The notes: a model not told the origin generated them from the letters alone. 64,000 nt of DNA from Octopus bimaculoides (GCF_001194135.2 NC_068984.1:55061908-55125907); one strand, 5' to 3'; shown: positions 13,516-26,700, numbered from the stretch's first letter. Program-made: numbers and translations.

Positions 13516-15449
13516 CAATATTATAAATACCAATGAAAACCTACTAGCCTTGTACTAAGGTTTGAAATGTCTGTAATTATTTCGGCGGCAAGTCGACAGT
13601 AGGTGTTGTTGTCCATAAACAGATGTTGATTGCCCATGTTTTCAATGTCTCTAGTAGCAACATTAAGATCACTTTTAACATAAGATTCTTTAAATTCTCG
13701 ACTAATAATCAAAATATTCTTTGAGAATTGGAAAACAGTCCACCCAAAATGCGAGTATAAGCTGTATATATTCCGCAGTAAGCTTAGACAGATTCCTTTA
13801 TTTCGAGGTGTATGAGTGTTAGTACCATGGTCGAATGTTTGCATTTTTATTGTTATCTTCTGCGGCATATATTTACAGGATTTTAGCTGTCATTTTAAAA
13901 ATCGATTGAAACTATAGGAATTAGAATAAAAATTGCTGACAGTGATATGCAAAATATGTCTCTTATCGAACATATATAGGCGAGAAAGGATTTTGATAAC
14001 AACTACTTTGCACTTGCGCAGTTTCCCAACCCATACGTATGATAACATTATGTGCAACAATGAGGACAGACAAGTTATATTTTCCGTAGGAGCAATAAAA
14101 ATTTGTTAAATTATGTATTCAAAATTTCGCGAACATTTAAACTCATAAATTTATATTTTATATCCTTCTCTCATAAACTTCTTTATGTCTGGCTTTATTA
14201 ACTTATTTATGAATAAAATATATTTCATTCTGGGTGGGCTGAAAGGTGGATTTATCCTAAGATGTAATTTCGAGTCTCTCGCCTTCCATTTTCAAGAAGC
14301 TGTTATTTATTATAAATTGCTAATGTTTCTTGTATTAACAAAACAATATCTGAATCAGTTAAAAATAATACTGAAGCATATAGAAGTATATCTATCTATC
14401 TACCTAACTACCTATCTAATAAGTGGATTTCATGTACCCAAATCAGTGTCATAGCAAATAGTATAATCTTTATTTTTACTAATCCGCCAAGCTATTGCCA
14501 TTAATTTAAACTTTATACAAGTATGGGAGGACAGGGGCCAACACTTCTTTTAGTTTCTTACTTTTAATCTATGACTGATATATAAGAAACTTACCGTAGC
14601 ATTGCAATCGTAGAGGTATTTAGTTTCCACAAACAACAGTAGCTATTAAGAACAGTTTCTCGTCGCCACGCTTAAGCAATACGATGCAAACATATAAGCA
14701 CAACTAAGACGTAGAGCATTCGTTGTACAAAAGTCACATTGTCTACATAACCGAATTCTGATATACTAATGAACATTTTAGTAGGGGGAGCTCAGCCACA
14801 GATCTCACGAATACAATAATGTTTCATAGTGATCTCTCTTAGGTAACAAAGGTGATGGTGATGCTGCATTTACAGCGCAGAAAGCTGTGGTGTATTTTTA
14901 TAATGCAATAGCTTGAAGATGCCATGTATTTTGCATTATTTTAAATGTAATTTACGTTAAAATTCCCAGCAGTTCAGCAATAAGATTTCACAACATCCAG
15001 ACGTAATAGTTTTAGACATTCTATTTGAAACCATTTTATTTAAATTACATAGAAACATATCCAGACGTCTCACTTATAAAAACCTATATTGCATTAAGTA
15101 ACTAGCATCGCTTTTTTTTGCCGAAAATCAAAACAAAGAGAATCCTGAGAATGTCCTAGAATTATCTTCATGTGTTATGTCTCAAAGAACTTTTAAATTC
15201 AATCGAGTTTTTCCTGTACTACATAATTTGAAATGTTTCTAATATCATAGTTTTATCACTGTAAATAGCGTCAGTTTAAGGAATTCTTATTTAGATTTAA
15301 ATTTCACCTGAAATCTTGTGACTGTTGTATTTTATTCGCAGGTTAGTCTCTTTCACTTAAATTCATTCCCCGCATGCGATTTTCTAATTTCTTTACACCA
15401 CGTTCTGTCTTGCATGGGAAAATATTTCATATTTTGGGATCACATCTTT

Positions 15450-16050
15450 GCCTATGCGATTGCTTATTACTTACATCACTTAAACTCCAGCTTAGAGTGG
15501 TTTTCATGATATTTCAAAACATAATCCAAGTAACCTGCTTGCTTTTCTCAGTGATAGACACCTCCTAACTCGTATACGCTTCATCTCTCTTAACGAATTA
15601 TCCACTCATTCTGGTGACCTACATTGTAGGCCTTCTAATAATTTTTAAAAGCCACAACCAGATTGCGGTATTGGCTTTAGATTCTATCTATGATATTTGC
15701 ATTTATTGATAATTGATCACCTATACAACATTCATTATTGCATAGTAATTGTCTATGATTTTTTTCTTTGTTTCTCAGACCCATTATTATATTTAATGTA
15801 ACTATCTACGTTCGACGTTCTGAAATTCTTTTAAGTTTAAACCAATGATTTTCCTGTAATTTGTTGTCCTTACCTCATTAAAGTCGTATAATCTCTGTAG
15901 GAGGAGAGTTCAATTTTGTGCAAAAAACTAGATGTAACTTAACTACTTCTATTTATACATGTATGGGGGGGGGGACTAGGTACCATCTGTACCTAGTTCC
16001 AACTCCTTTTATTACTTAGAAGCGTTTAAATACCTTCCACACACTTGTAT
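15450..16050 (-). mobile_element. Highly decayed non-LTR retrotransposon RT fragment, R4/Dong-like
   Basis: Minus-strand translation CIGDQLSINANIIDRI*SQYRNLVVAFKNY*KAYNVGHQNEWI (about 15599-15725) matches the R4/Dong motif GCKDQL..D..I....L..AWIDYKKAYD.VPH.WI. Upstream remnants TTNYRKIIGL (NYRPI motif) and GTDG (PGPDG motif) are in the right order. A-rich decayed sequence may extend to about 17100. Confidence 0.65.
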
Positions 16051-18239
16051 TTCCTTAAATATTTTTTTTTACTTTATTTCTCAACTCTAAATTATTTTCT
16101 CCGTTCTCCCTTTTATAACGTTGGTATTGTATTTTCGTATTCTAATTCCAAACCCCAGCATCTTAACTCTGTTTAACAAGCCAATAAATTTCTCGGTAAT
16201 GGTTATTATACAATGAAGAGCATTTTCTCTGTATGAAATAAACAGTTTTTTTTTTCTTACTTTTGTAATTATTTTTTCAAATACAATTTTCCAGTACTTC
16301 AATTCGTTTAACATTTTCACTTCACTGTTAATAGTTCGCAGTTCGTACAGTAAAGCTTAAATCTTTCAAAATCTAATTAAGTTAGAACTTCTTTTAATTC
16401 TACTTCTACTTGTTCTGGTGTCAAGTTGTTGCTTTCAAACCTTTATTCTATCACTTAATTTACATATTGCCCAATTAAACTATCTCTCACGATTGTTTTC
16501 TATTTGAAAATTTAATCACTCTTTCCCCACTTGAAAACTTCGACAATCAGCTATATTTTCTTATGTAATCTACTTTTTCATTCTTGTTGGTGTAGGATAC
16601 GAATTGCGTGTTTTCGAAATAATTGTTTAATTTCAACTGAAGTAAGACATCTTCCCTTATACCATTTGGCTACTGATTGTTGTGTGAAGTTTTCGTACCT
16701 ATGATTTATTCGTATACTGATATGGCTTCCTGATTTCTCTTGATGTACACAACTGGTTTTCTTGTGAAGAATGTTGACTTTCATTATAAGGCATGCAGTT
16801 TGTTTCTACTCTGTTATGAAGCGCTATCGATTTACAAATGTGGTTCAAAAATTGTATGAATTTGTTGACATTGTCACTTTTTCTCTGGGCGGTAATAGAG
16901 TCGTCTTTGAAGCACAAGTAGACTTTCCGATGAACTCGATTGTAGTGTGATACATCTATTCACTCTTTCGTGATAGTTGTCTATTAGAACAGCCAATCTT
17001 GAAGTATACCCAGTTTTGTGATCTGGGTAATATTGGTATTCCTAAAGGGTCAAACAGAGATGGGGAATGCGTACAGCACTTTATCTACTTATTAGTACCT
17101 GCTGCCGCACTTGCTTCCGAATTTGTACGTGTGCTTTTTTTCTTTCTCTTTTCTTTTTTGTTTCATCATTGTATTCATGTTCATTTATTAAGCAAAAAAA
17201 AACAAACAGGAAAGTAAGAAAGATATTGTGAACGACAGGGAGAGAAGGACAAAGATAGAAGAATCTTTCTGTAATAATCTAGAAGGTGAAATGGAAGGTG
17301 CAGAAAAGAGCATCACTCTGTTCTGCTGCTGAAATACTTAAATAACATTAACCATTGACAAGAAAAATAAATATATGCAACATCCATTTCTAAAAGTAGT
17401 TCCTTTCATGTTTAATTCATCACATAATATTATGAAGATTTATCTCAATGTTGACTCATATGATGTAAGAAGTAATAATAGTTAATATTTATCTAATTGT
17501 AACTAAACGGATACTTTGCCATAGAAACCAGTAAAGAAGATAAAATATTTAAAACAAAAACACAATTTTTAAAAATTCAAAAAGGAAAACTTCGATCTAA
17601 TGCGTTCGTGTAAATTGAGTGACTGCATTCTGGATAATTACAGTTATAGCAATTCTGTTTCCAGTCATCTGTCTATTACATGTAGCTGACCATCCTACAA
17701 AACGGTAATATATTCGGAAAAAAATAAGAAGTGCACAGTAATTTCAGCCAATGTATATTCATAAATATCTGTTAAATATTAGATAACGAGGATTAAGTTA
17801 TAATTTATATAATTTCTGATTTGTATTTAATACATTTTTAAAGTTAATATTTCTGAATATTTTCTATCTAAATGCTAGAAAAGTTGAAATTGGCATTTTT
17901 TATTGGTTAGTGGAAATAAACATCACTTATGAACGAAAAACATTATAATCTAATTTTTCCAAATTAAATTATATAAATATCATAGGTGTCAGATCAATGA
18001 ATGCGTGCAGTTAATATGCACTTCGAACCAACTCATATTTTTGCGAACATTGAAAGATATGTGCAGAATTAAATCACTTTTCTGTCTACACTCTTTCTCT
18101 ACTCACTTCAAAGCACTCATTGAAATATGTGAGTGTATGTGTATGTGTGTAAGTGTGTAAATAAATCTACATATAACTACATACATCTACACATCTATCT
18201 CCTTCTCCTCCCCTTCTCTCCCTATGTATACACACACAA

Positions 18240-18271
<32 letters not shown>

Positions 18272-18373
18272 CCTTTTAGTTTGTTCATGGAAAACGTTTT
18301 TGAATACATATACAGCCTACTGATAGCAACTGCCAATAGCAGCTTTTGGGAGTTGCACTGAGTTGTGCCGATC

Positions 18374-18434
<61 letters not shown>

Positions 18435-18447
18435 CAATTACAACAAC

Positions 18448-18500
<53 letters not shown>

Positions 18501-18514
18501 TAACAAATAATAAT
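18374..18514. repeat. (AAT)n/(AAC)n microsatellite, possibly the tail of the adjacent RTE element
   Basis: Read directly; lies just 3' of the minus-strand RTE copy. Confidence 0.95.
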
Positions 18515-18539
18515 CCATAGATGGTATTTATAAATATTT

Positions 18540-20250
18540 TAATGCATCGCTACATGCATTTCCACAACTCACATGTTTCTTACGATCAGAGTCCGTATTC
18601 TCAAGATGATTACAATACAGTCCGTAATATCCATGGACATCGGGTGGATCATATTCATGTGTTCATTTCACGCCCGAATGCATGAAGATTATCCACCCGA
18701 CATCCATAGTTACTACAGAAGACAACGTCTCCTCTTCATGCGGTCTCCTGCTCTCAGTTTCAAAGCGCTCAGTTCTGGCATCCAACACAGACATACATGC
18801 CTTCTTATTACCACCCAGGGCCGATGACCGATTGATAAGGACACAACATAAAATGATAAACCGCTGGAATTGATCAGGAAAACGGAGTTTTGGGCATCCC
18901 TGAGGCCTACATGCAGTCCCGATCTCGCTGAAGAGGAACATCTTTCAGCAACCAGGTATCCGGTATCTGAATTACATGGCCAACACAGCGCAGAAGACTA
19001 CGAAGAATGCAAGTTTTAACACTGTAGATTCCAGCCCACAGGAGGATTTCCCGAGGATACTTTGGAGCGATCTGATTTTTGGAATTGTCTGATTTGATGC
19101 CGATAAAGGGCCAGTTGCTCAGACCCGTACAGGGGGAGGTGATTTTTGTACTTGCTCTAGGGCTTTTGTTTCGAAAGACTCGTTTGCTGAGTCTCCCAAA
19201 AGACTCCTTTGTTGAGTCTCCAGAAAGATGCAGATGCCAAGTATCTCTTCTGATCATGCAATTCATCGCTAGAGATCATGCTTCCAACATAGCAGAATGA
19301 GTCCGCCTGCGGTAGAGAAGCATCATCAGTTAGGACGGGCCAAGGGAGAAGTACGTACTGGAAGGCTGATTGGAGAACGTCAGTTTTTCAGGTATTAACT
19401 TCAAGACCAAGCCGTGGAAATGTATTGTGCTTTGAGTGCGCCATGACTTGAAGTGAGGCGGGGGCATGATATGGTGCAGCTGAATCGTCGGCTTATTGAA
19501 TCTCGTACAGCGTGATTGAGAGGTGTTTTGGATCTGGCTTTCAGGCGGCGAAGCTTAAAGATGCTCCCCTCATAATGAATTCCGATTTGATATGAATTCT
19601 GATTTCGTTGCACTCTCCTGGAAACAAGATTTGCAGCCACGAGGTAAATGTTAAACAACCCAGGGACAATGAAACACCTCTTTGTTTTACCTCCACCTAC
19701 ACATCAAAGGGTTTTCACTCTCGTTTGCATACCGTCATGAAACTTCTGGATGACCAAGAGAAATGTTAGTGGACAGTCACAGTCCTGAAGCAGGCGCCAC
19801 AGCATAGTAGTGCTGACTGTATGAAACGGCTTTGTTAGATCGATGAAGGCGTAACGTATATATGTCTGCTGTCCCCGACACTTTTTAAGATGACGGACCT
19901 TAAATATCATGATAGAAGTGTTTTTTTTTCTGGTCGATATCCACATTGAACCTCAAGCATAGCCAGGTTGACCACATGAAGTATAAGACCACGGTGGAGC
20001 AGGATACGAGTGTATCTTGCAAGTGTCAGTCAGAAGAGAGAAAGAGATTCTCCAGCTGTTTCCGCACCCTGCACGGTCTCCCTTACGCTTGTAAACTGTA
20101 ACAATATTGGAGCGTTTCCACCTGTTACTTATCGTCTTCCCCTGCCAACTCAGATGAAACAAAATGTGAAGATAGGATGTAAGGTGAGGCCCACCGTTAC
20201 TTTAGATCTCACTTGGGATCTCATCATCACAGGGATCTCATCATTACATT
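18540..20250 (-). mobile_element. 5'-truncated, frameshifted RTE-clade LINE (RT to C-terminus)
   Basis: Motifs in order on -: DDEIPSEI*SNGGP, WKRSNIVTVYKRKGDRAGCGN, YAFIDLTKPFHTVSTTMLWRLLQDCDCP..KFHDGMQTRV, GSIFKLRRLKARSK, LRCVGHVIQIPDTWLLKDV, QGCPKLRFPD. Confidence 0.92.
18633..18707 (-). ncRNA. 75-nt hairpin, pre-miRNA-like or RTE 3' stem-loop
   Basis: 27-bp stem AUGGAUGUCGGGUGGAUAAUCUUCAUG / CAUGAAUAUGAUCCACCCGAUGUCCAU with 2 G-U pairs and 2 mismatches, and a 21-nt loop. No expression evidence. Confidence 0.3.
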
Positions 20251-21575
20251 TCGCATATTTCTTGCTTCAGTATGTTGGTTCCCTGACAATGAATATATGC
20301 GCAATTCCAGCATCTCTTATTTCTTTGGAGTAGAGTGCACATATATTTTGAAACATATTTGTTATTTAAAAATAACAAATAGGAATTAAAGGAACTTATT
20401 GTTTATATGCATTTTGGTCCATTTATTATTATTCTTCATATCTACTCAAAATGCATCACTTTAACTTGGTATTTCTACCTATAAAACGGGTGTGATATCC
20501 TAGTTTTTGTGTGATTTTTGCTACCCATGGTAACTATTAACATATTTACATTGTCAACGTCTTTTCAACCGAGATAATATTAATATATACATAAATTTAT
20601 ATATATATANNNNNNNNNNNNNNNNNNNNNNNNNNNNNNNNNNNNNNNNNNNNNNNNNNNNNNNNNNNNNNNNNNNNNNNNNNNNNNNNNNNNNNNNNNN
20701 NNNNNNNNNNNNNNNNNNNNNNNNNNNNNNNNNNNNNNNNNNNNNNNNNNNNNNNNNNNNNNNNNNNNNNNNNNNNNNNNNNNNNNNNNNNNNNNNNNNN
20801 NNNNNNNNNNNNNNNNNNNNNNNNNNNNNNNNNNNNNNNNNNNNNNNNNNNNNNNNNNNNNNNNNNNNNNNNNNNNNNNNNNNNNNNNNNNNNNNNNNNN
20901 NNNNNNNNNNNNNNNNNNNNNNNNNNNTGAATATATGCGCAATTCCAGCATCTCTTATTTCTTTGGAGTAGAGTGCACATATATTTTGAAACATATTTGT
21001 TATTTAAAAATAACAAATAATAAATATATACAATTAATGAGTCCTGGAGATTGAATAAGGTTAGATAAATTTTGTGCAGTATACAATTTACAAATAAACG
21101 CATAAATAGACTAAAATTAGGACACATTCGTATCTCAGTGAAGGGAATTTACTTCAACAAAATGTGTCACCAATTTTTTACCCATTAGAATGGTGTGCAG
21201 ACTGCTGTAGTCAATTTTGTAGCTTTATCTTTATGGCATTTTAATTTCATGTTGAGTCGATATTTTATGAATTTCAACGTTGAATAAATTACTTTATTTA
21301 CGACATTTTTTTCTTTTTAAAATTTTAGGTGTCACTAAATTCATAAATTGCAGCCTGTAATTTTCCATTTTGCAACATAATTCCTAAAGACCTTCACACT
21401 TCTAATGTCAGATGTAAAATAATTATTAACTATAAAATCCACCAATACATGTAACATAAAATATCATGTTTTAACCTACTAAGGTTCGCCTGTATCAACG
21501 CATTAGGAATTAGCCAAGTAGTAGTGAACTCTCTTATTCAGTTTAACTGAGCGTAATATTTAAAAGTACGACTGA

Positions 21576-21742
21576 GGCGGCGAGCTGGCAGAAACGTGGG
21601 CACACCGGGCGAAATACTTAGCTTAATGCTTAGCTGTATGTTGTCTGTTTATTATATGTTCTGAGTTCAAATTCCATCGAGGTCGACTTTACCTTTCGAG
21701 GTTGGGGTCGATGTAATCTACTGGTACCCTCCCCCAAAATTC
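21576..21742 (+). mobile_element. tRNA-derived SINE (same family as 5455)
   Basis: ggcggcgagctggcagaaacgtgggcacaccgggcgaaatacttagc..ctgagttcaaattccatcgaggtcgactttacctttcg. Confidence 0.85.
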
Positions 21743-21744
21743 AG

Positions 21745-22500
21745 TTTCCGGCGGTACTTCTGACATCTTAACATGGGATGTGCGCCGCCCCATATAGGTC
21801 GGCAGAAGCACCACTTCATTTGTTTGTAAAGGGCCTTCTCTGATGTCCTAAACTTTGCTTCTATTGTTCCAAATTTTCTCCCTTTTGAGCTATACATAAT
21901 GTCATTCCAAATTGGGGCAAGACATTTTTCAATTTTATCCTGGTCTATGTATGCCATTTTCTTTTCCTTTGGGCAAGATGTTTTAAATATAACATTTTTT
22001 AAAATTTCCGCCGTTGCGTCAGTGGGGGCGATATTTTAATATCGCTCTCCGCCTTGGACATTCTCTTGAACATCTCCTGGAGGCCCCGAAATGGGATCTC
22101 CAGATTTTCAATATGTATCGTGGTGACCGCCGAGAAGCCCCTGGTAATTTTTGGTGGGGGATGGTTAGTCTCCAAAGCTTCACTCTCTTCCAGAGACCAT
22201 TTTTCTCTAATTATCTCAACCGATATTTCGGTAAAGATGAATTAGCAAAGGAAACACAAAAGCCACAGTTCTACATTCACAAGGAATATAGATTCAGATC
22301 CCACCCCGTCAGGAGGAGGGGCGCAGCTCAACGAAGCCAAAAAAAAACGGCTGAAGACAGTTTATATTTTACCAAAAGAAAAATTATAGGTTTCCCTTCA
22401 GTTCAAAAATTAGTTTCTCTCAAGAGGAACAACAGTTCAAATCCCACCCCCGTTTGGGGGCGGGGCGTAGTTCAACAATGCCTACAAAGGCCAAATTAGA
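21745..22500 (-). mobile_element. 5' UTR and frameshifted ORF1 of an L1/Tx1-like LINE, 3'-truncated
   Basis: Frames on - join into ..EILKNVIFKTSCPKEKKMAYIDQDKIEKCLAPIWNDIMYSSKGRKFGTIEAKFRTSEKAL / VLLPTYMGRRTSHVKMSEVPPE. This resembles the RRM-type ORF1 region ending in V.i..vPpE seen in L1/Tx1 ORF1. Clade assigned from memory. Confidence 0.55.
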
Positions 22501-23595
22501 ACATGTTGTTCGGTTAGTTTTAAGCTGTTCGGTTAATTTTACTTCTGTAGCTGTATTACTTTCGCCTACTTTGTGGAAGGTTATCATTGTATTTCAGGTT
22601 ATGGCCATTATCTTATTTATAAATTTGAATTTATTTAATCTGAAACAAAAACGAGGTACAAAGCTTTTATTATGATGTACAAGTTTCATATCTTATCACA
22701 TTTATTCATAGTTATTAAAGCCAGAAACTTCGGTTGCGAGACACACTGTATTGCTTGACACACTGTATACATATACGCGCGCATACACACACACACACAC
22801 GCACACACAGACAGACGTTCATACAAGCTTATATGTGTACCTGTACGTGTGAGTTTGTGTGTGTTATTAAAAAAAGATATATTTGCTGCAGACAAACTGC
22901 GGCTAAAAACGCCTGGTGTCGCTTGAAATAATCCCATCTCTTACCGTCAGTATTCCCAGCTCAAATACTAACAAAATCTACTTCATTATTCACTCCCTCA
23001 GAGATCGATAAAATAAAACTAATATGCTGATACCGACTGTATTAGATATATTCATTCCCTAAAAGAAATTACGCCTTTTGGAGAATGTAATTCATAATAA
23101 TTTATCAATTGTAGGATGCAGTAGAGTAGAAACAAATTGCATTCTGAAAGTAGTATAATATTTATTTATTTTCCTCAAGTGTATGTAACCACTACACTTT
23201 AGGTATATTTTTTTCATTAGGAAAATGATATAATGAACGTCAGACATTTAATCTCCATTTACAAGACGGCCATATTCTTGTGAACAAATATGTAGCCGAC
23301 ATATTTGGAATTACTGTGTTTATCGTGAAATATATTTCGTCGTCATATGATATACACGTTAATAGTACAAACCAGGAATAAACTCCTGATTCTAGCTATT
23401 TCCTGGTTATTACTTGCTATGTTGCAGTGATAGTATACAAGAGAAGCATAACTTCAATTCTATCATTAATTTACGATATAGTGATTCACACATAAAATAT
23501 AGTATTTAACGTGCAAGACTCAATGCATTTGTTAGACTTGGTAGAAATATTAACCAATTTTTCTTTATAATACATTATTATCTTTGATCATAATT

Positions 23596-23890
23596 CGAAA
23601 TGGTACCAAAATGTTCCAGGACTAGTTATGCTTAATTAAAAAAATTACTTATTCACCTAACTTTTAACATCATCTCCTTCGTAATACTCACCTTCTGCAG
23701 CAATATACCATTCCCAGCGTCTCTGCCACTTTTGGGATCTGACCTAGAAGTCGTTTTCCCTAAGCTAGTCGAGGAAACTTCTATATTTCGCTCAAGGTCT
23801 CGACAACGGTGTTAAAACGGTGACCTTTGAACTGGTTTTCATTTGGGGAAATAGATGGAGGCCCGCAGATGCTAAATTTTACGAAGGACC
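23596..23890 (-). mobile_element. Mariner transposase 3' end with terminal inverted repeat
   Basis: On -: LHLFPQMK / KGHRFNTVVE / ENDF*VRSQKWQRRWEWYIAAEGEYYEGDD*, the canonical mariner C-terminus. TIR-like cgaaatggtaccaaaatgttccaggact at 23596. Confidence 0.85.
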
Positions 23891-23912
23891 TTTAATCCTT
23901 TTGATGTGTGTG

Positions 23913-23948
<36 letters not shown>

Positions 23949-24219
23949 TACGTGTGTGTGTAATTTGATAAACGCAATAACAACAAAAACTACTAATAGT
24001 TCCATGCTTTAAGATACCTTAGATTGGCAGATTTATTTAATATGCTATGTATCTCCAAGGAAACCTTCCGGCTCATTTCATAACGTTATAAGTATTTAAA
24101 ACCAGGATGCTGGACTATGAGGAAATAGAAGAAAAGAGCGAGAAGAATAAAAACAAATACAAAAACAAGAAGAGAAAACGCTGTGTTACACTTTCATTAT
24201 TGGATACCTCCTCTGATGT

Positions 24220-25345
24220 GTGCCATTTGATGAATGAGAGGATTTGATGCAGTTACCTTCATTTGCATTTCCTGTCGTGAAGTAGGCTCATCTGGAATAC
24301 TTGACAAGAGGAGGTCCACCTTCGTTTTGAACTCACGTACATCCACACTGCGCAGATCTCTCTGGCATTAGGGAAGGATACTGAAGAGTTGTGGCCCCTT
24401 GAAACCCAAGCTGTTGCAGTATCTGGTCCTGTGTTTTGATGGCGATGTTGAGATCTTTGGCACAATGCAATGGCGCTCCGTTCTGCTGTTTGTATAACTT
24501 TCAAACCCAAAGTTTGTTTACAGGCCTTCCAGGATTTTCTACATGTCTATCATTGCATATCTTCACCGCCTTCATTCTAGGAAGAAGAGTCTTAACCTTT
24601 TTAGCATTTCCCAGTAACTGATGCGTTGCATTGAGACGATTTTCTTTTGTGTACCTTCATTGGATTGCTTCGAGTTCCCCCGTTAATTTTATACTATTTG
24701 TTGACCATAGTTGGGAGCAGTAGTCTAAGTGGCTGAAGATATATGCCCTCCAAAGGACCATCATAGTTTCCTTTTCTCTCGTTCTGAAACTTCGAAGGAT
24801 CTATCCAATTAGTCGTCTGCATTTTATTGCTAACTTAGTAATATGCACCTGGAATGATGCATCATTACTCATGTCAATGCCCAAGCCACGCGCTGATTTT
24901 GATTTACGGATTGTAATTCCTCCTGGTCCAGTGTATCCTGTCTGCATGTTGTTCAGTTTTGTGTGCTAGTAGCGCAGGGCTTGGAATTTTCCTGCATTAA
25001 ACTGCATGCTTTGCCCTCATCCCACCTGTATGCTGCGTCCAGCTCCCGATGAGGATGCGCAATATTTCCAGGGTTTTGAATTGTCTGAGAGACTTTGTGT
25101 CATCTGCACATCGCGTCATCAGCTGAGGGCACTATAAATAGCAGTGGAACACCACTTACTATTTGTGTTTCGTTTGAGGTGGCTCCATTGGCCACCACTG
25201 CCTGACGTCTATCTTTTAGAAAGTCGTGTCCAAGTTTTCCGACTATACCGAGATCACGCAGTTTGTGATATATCAAGATATATCACATCCACACTTAGGT
25301 CGGTTAGCAGCTGCTTTAACACCCAGTCGTATACATTTATGTTGT
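24220..25345 (-). mobile_element. Decayed CR1-group LINE, RT core to 3' end
   Basis: On -: VDVIYLD, KLRDLGIVGKLG..DFLKDRRQAVVANG..SGVP, CADDTK (YADD motif), MQFNAGKFQALRY, YCNSLGFKGPQLFSILP..FKTKVDLLLSSIPDEPT. Confidence 0.9.
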
Positions 25346-25809
25346 ATATATAGGTGCTATATTGGTGATATTATGGTGATAGTAGCAAAAGATATCAGAT
25401 GATATTTAGTCTCCCGATATATGACCGCTAATTCCAACATGGATCGAGCCATGTGCAAAATGTAGATCGATAAAGAAAGTACCAGAAAAAGGTACGTATT
25501 TTATGAAAATCTTCGGGTGACATGCTTCATCTTGCCCACAATCCAAGATCACTAAAAGTAGAAAATAATAAATAGTTCTTATGCATTCGTCTTTCTCCAC
25601 GAACCCCAAGAGCATTGTAAAAGAATGAAAATGTCATCTTGAACTTATGTTAAATATTGGCTGCCAAGATTCAATGGTCAACATTAAATCTCGTAGTTTT
25701 AGAGGAAAAAAGTTCTCATATTGTCGTGTTAGTGTTTATAGTTTCTGAATTATTTTCCTCTCATATGTTTGAAATTTTCCTTTTATATATACTCAAATGA
25801 GGAGCTACC

Positions 25810-26215
25810 CCTTCCAGTCGTAGCTTTTTCAGCCTTTCTCTGTAGTTCACCTGCTGCTCAGTTACAAGTGTGGTTACTTTGGCCCGCTTCATGCTCCGAT
25901 ATTAATTTGGCGGTATTTGCTGACCACAACTGAGAGCAGAAGTCGAGGCGATTGAGAACAAAAGACCTCTAAAGTCTCAACATGATTTGTTGGTCACTTC
26001 ACCTGAAAGACTTTAGTATCCATCTTATCAGTTGATTACTCTGTGCCGCCATCTTGATAATGTGCATATGAAATGACGTTTCTTTACCCATACTCATTCC
26101 CAAGTTTGCCACAGTTTGTGACTGGGATTGCAGGGCTTTCAGGTCCTGCATATGTAAGCCGCCGTGAATTTGTCTGTTGATAGCGCATTGTTTTAAATTT
26201 TCCAGCATTAAACTG
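25810..26215 (-). mobile_element. Second CR1-group LINE fragment (same family, more diverged)
   Basis: SQTVANLGMSMGKETSFHMHIIKMAAQSNQLIRWILKSFR followed by VLNRLDFCSQLWS and NYRERLKKL. Confidence 0.8.
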
Positions 26216-26507
26216 TATGTTTTTTTTCATCCTAATTGTATATTGTATTTAGGTCACGCTGTAAGCTAGCGACTTCGTCAGAGGCTTTTTTTGCAACTGT
26301 GATAATTTTTTGTTAATGGCGTAGCCAGTTACAGTGGCTGTGTGAGTGACCGTGTGCATGTCTAAGTGAGCTACAATAAATAGCCCCAAATAGTTCCTTG
26401 GGAAACGCCTCTTAGAATTAGTGTTTCCTTAGAGAAGGTACCATTTGCTACAATGTATGTGAACGTGTGTGTGTGTGTGTGTGTGCTTTTGTGCAGGTGT
26501 CTGTGAG

Positions 26508-26700
26508 GACGCGTGTCATAGTGCCAAAGGTATTGCACTCATCGCTTGTCATGGGTTCGATTCCAGGCGCATTGTGTTGATGAGGAAAACACTTCATATC
26601 ACTTTGCTCTAGTCTAGTCACCAGTAAATGTGTAACCCTGCGACGACGGAAATGGCCTTCTGATCAGAAGTACTTTTGAACAGCTCACCTCGCTAGCAGA
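26508..26700 (+). mobile_element. tRNA-derived SINE (V/Meta-domain-like)
   Basis: B-box gggttcgattcc, then aaaacacttcatatcactttgctctagtc..gtaaccctgcgacg, resembling the V-SINE/MetaSINE central block (from memory). Confidence 0.6.

Noticed and set aside
22014-22499. 161-aa plus-strand ORF
   Set aside because: It is the antisense frame of the minus-strand LINE 5' UTR/ORF1 and shows no recognisable protein pattern.
23690-23745. Apparent minus-strand exon with a strong gtgagt donor
   Set aside because: The sequence reads straight through as the mariner C-terminus WQRRWEWYIAAEGEYYEGD, so the donor is incidental.
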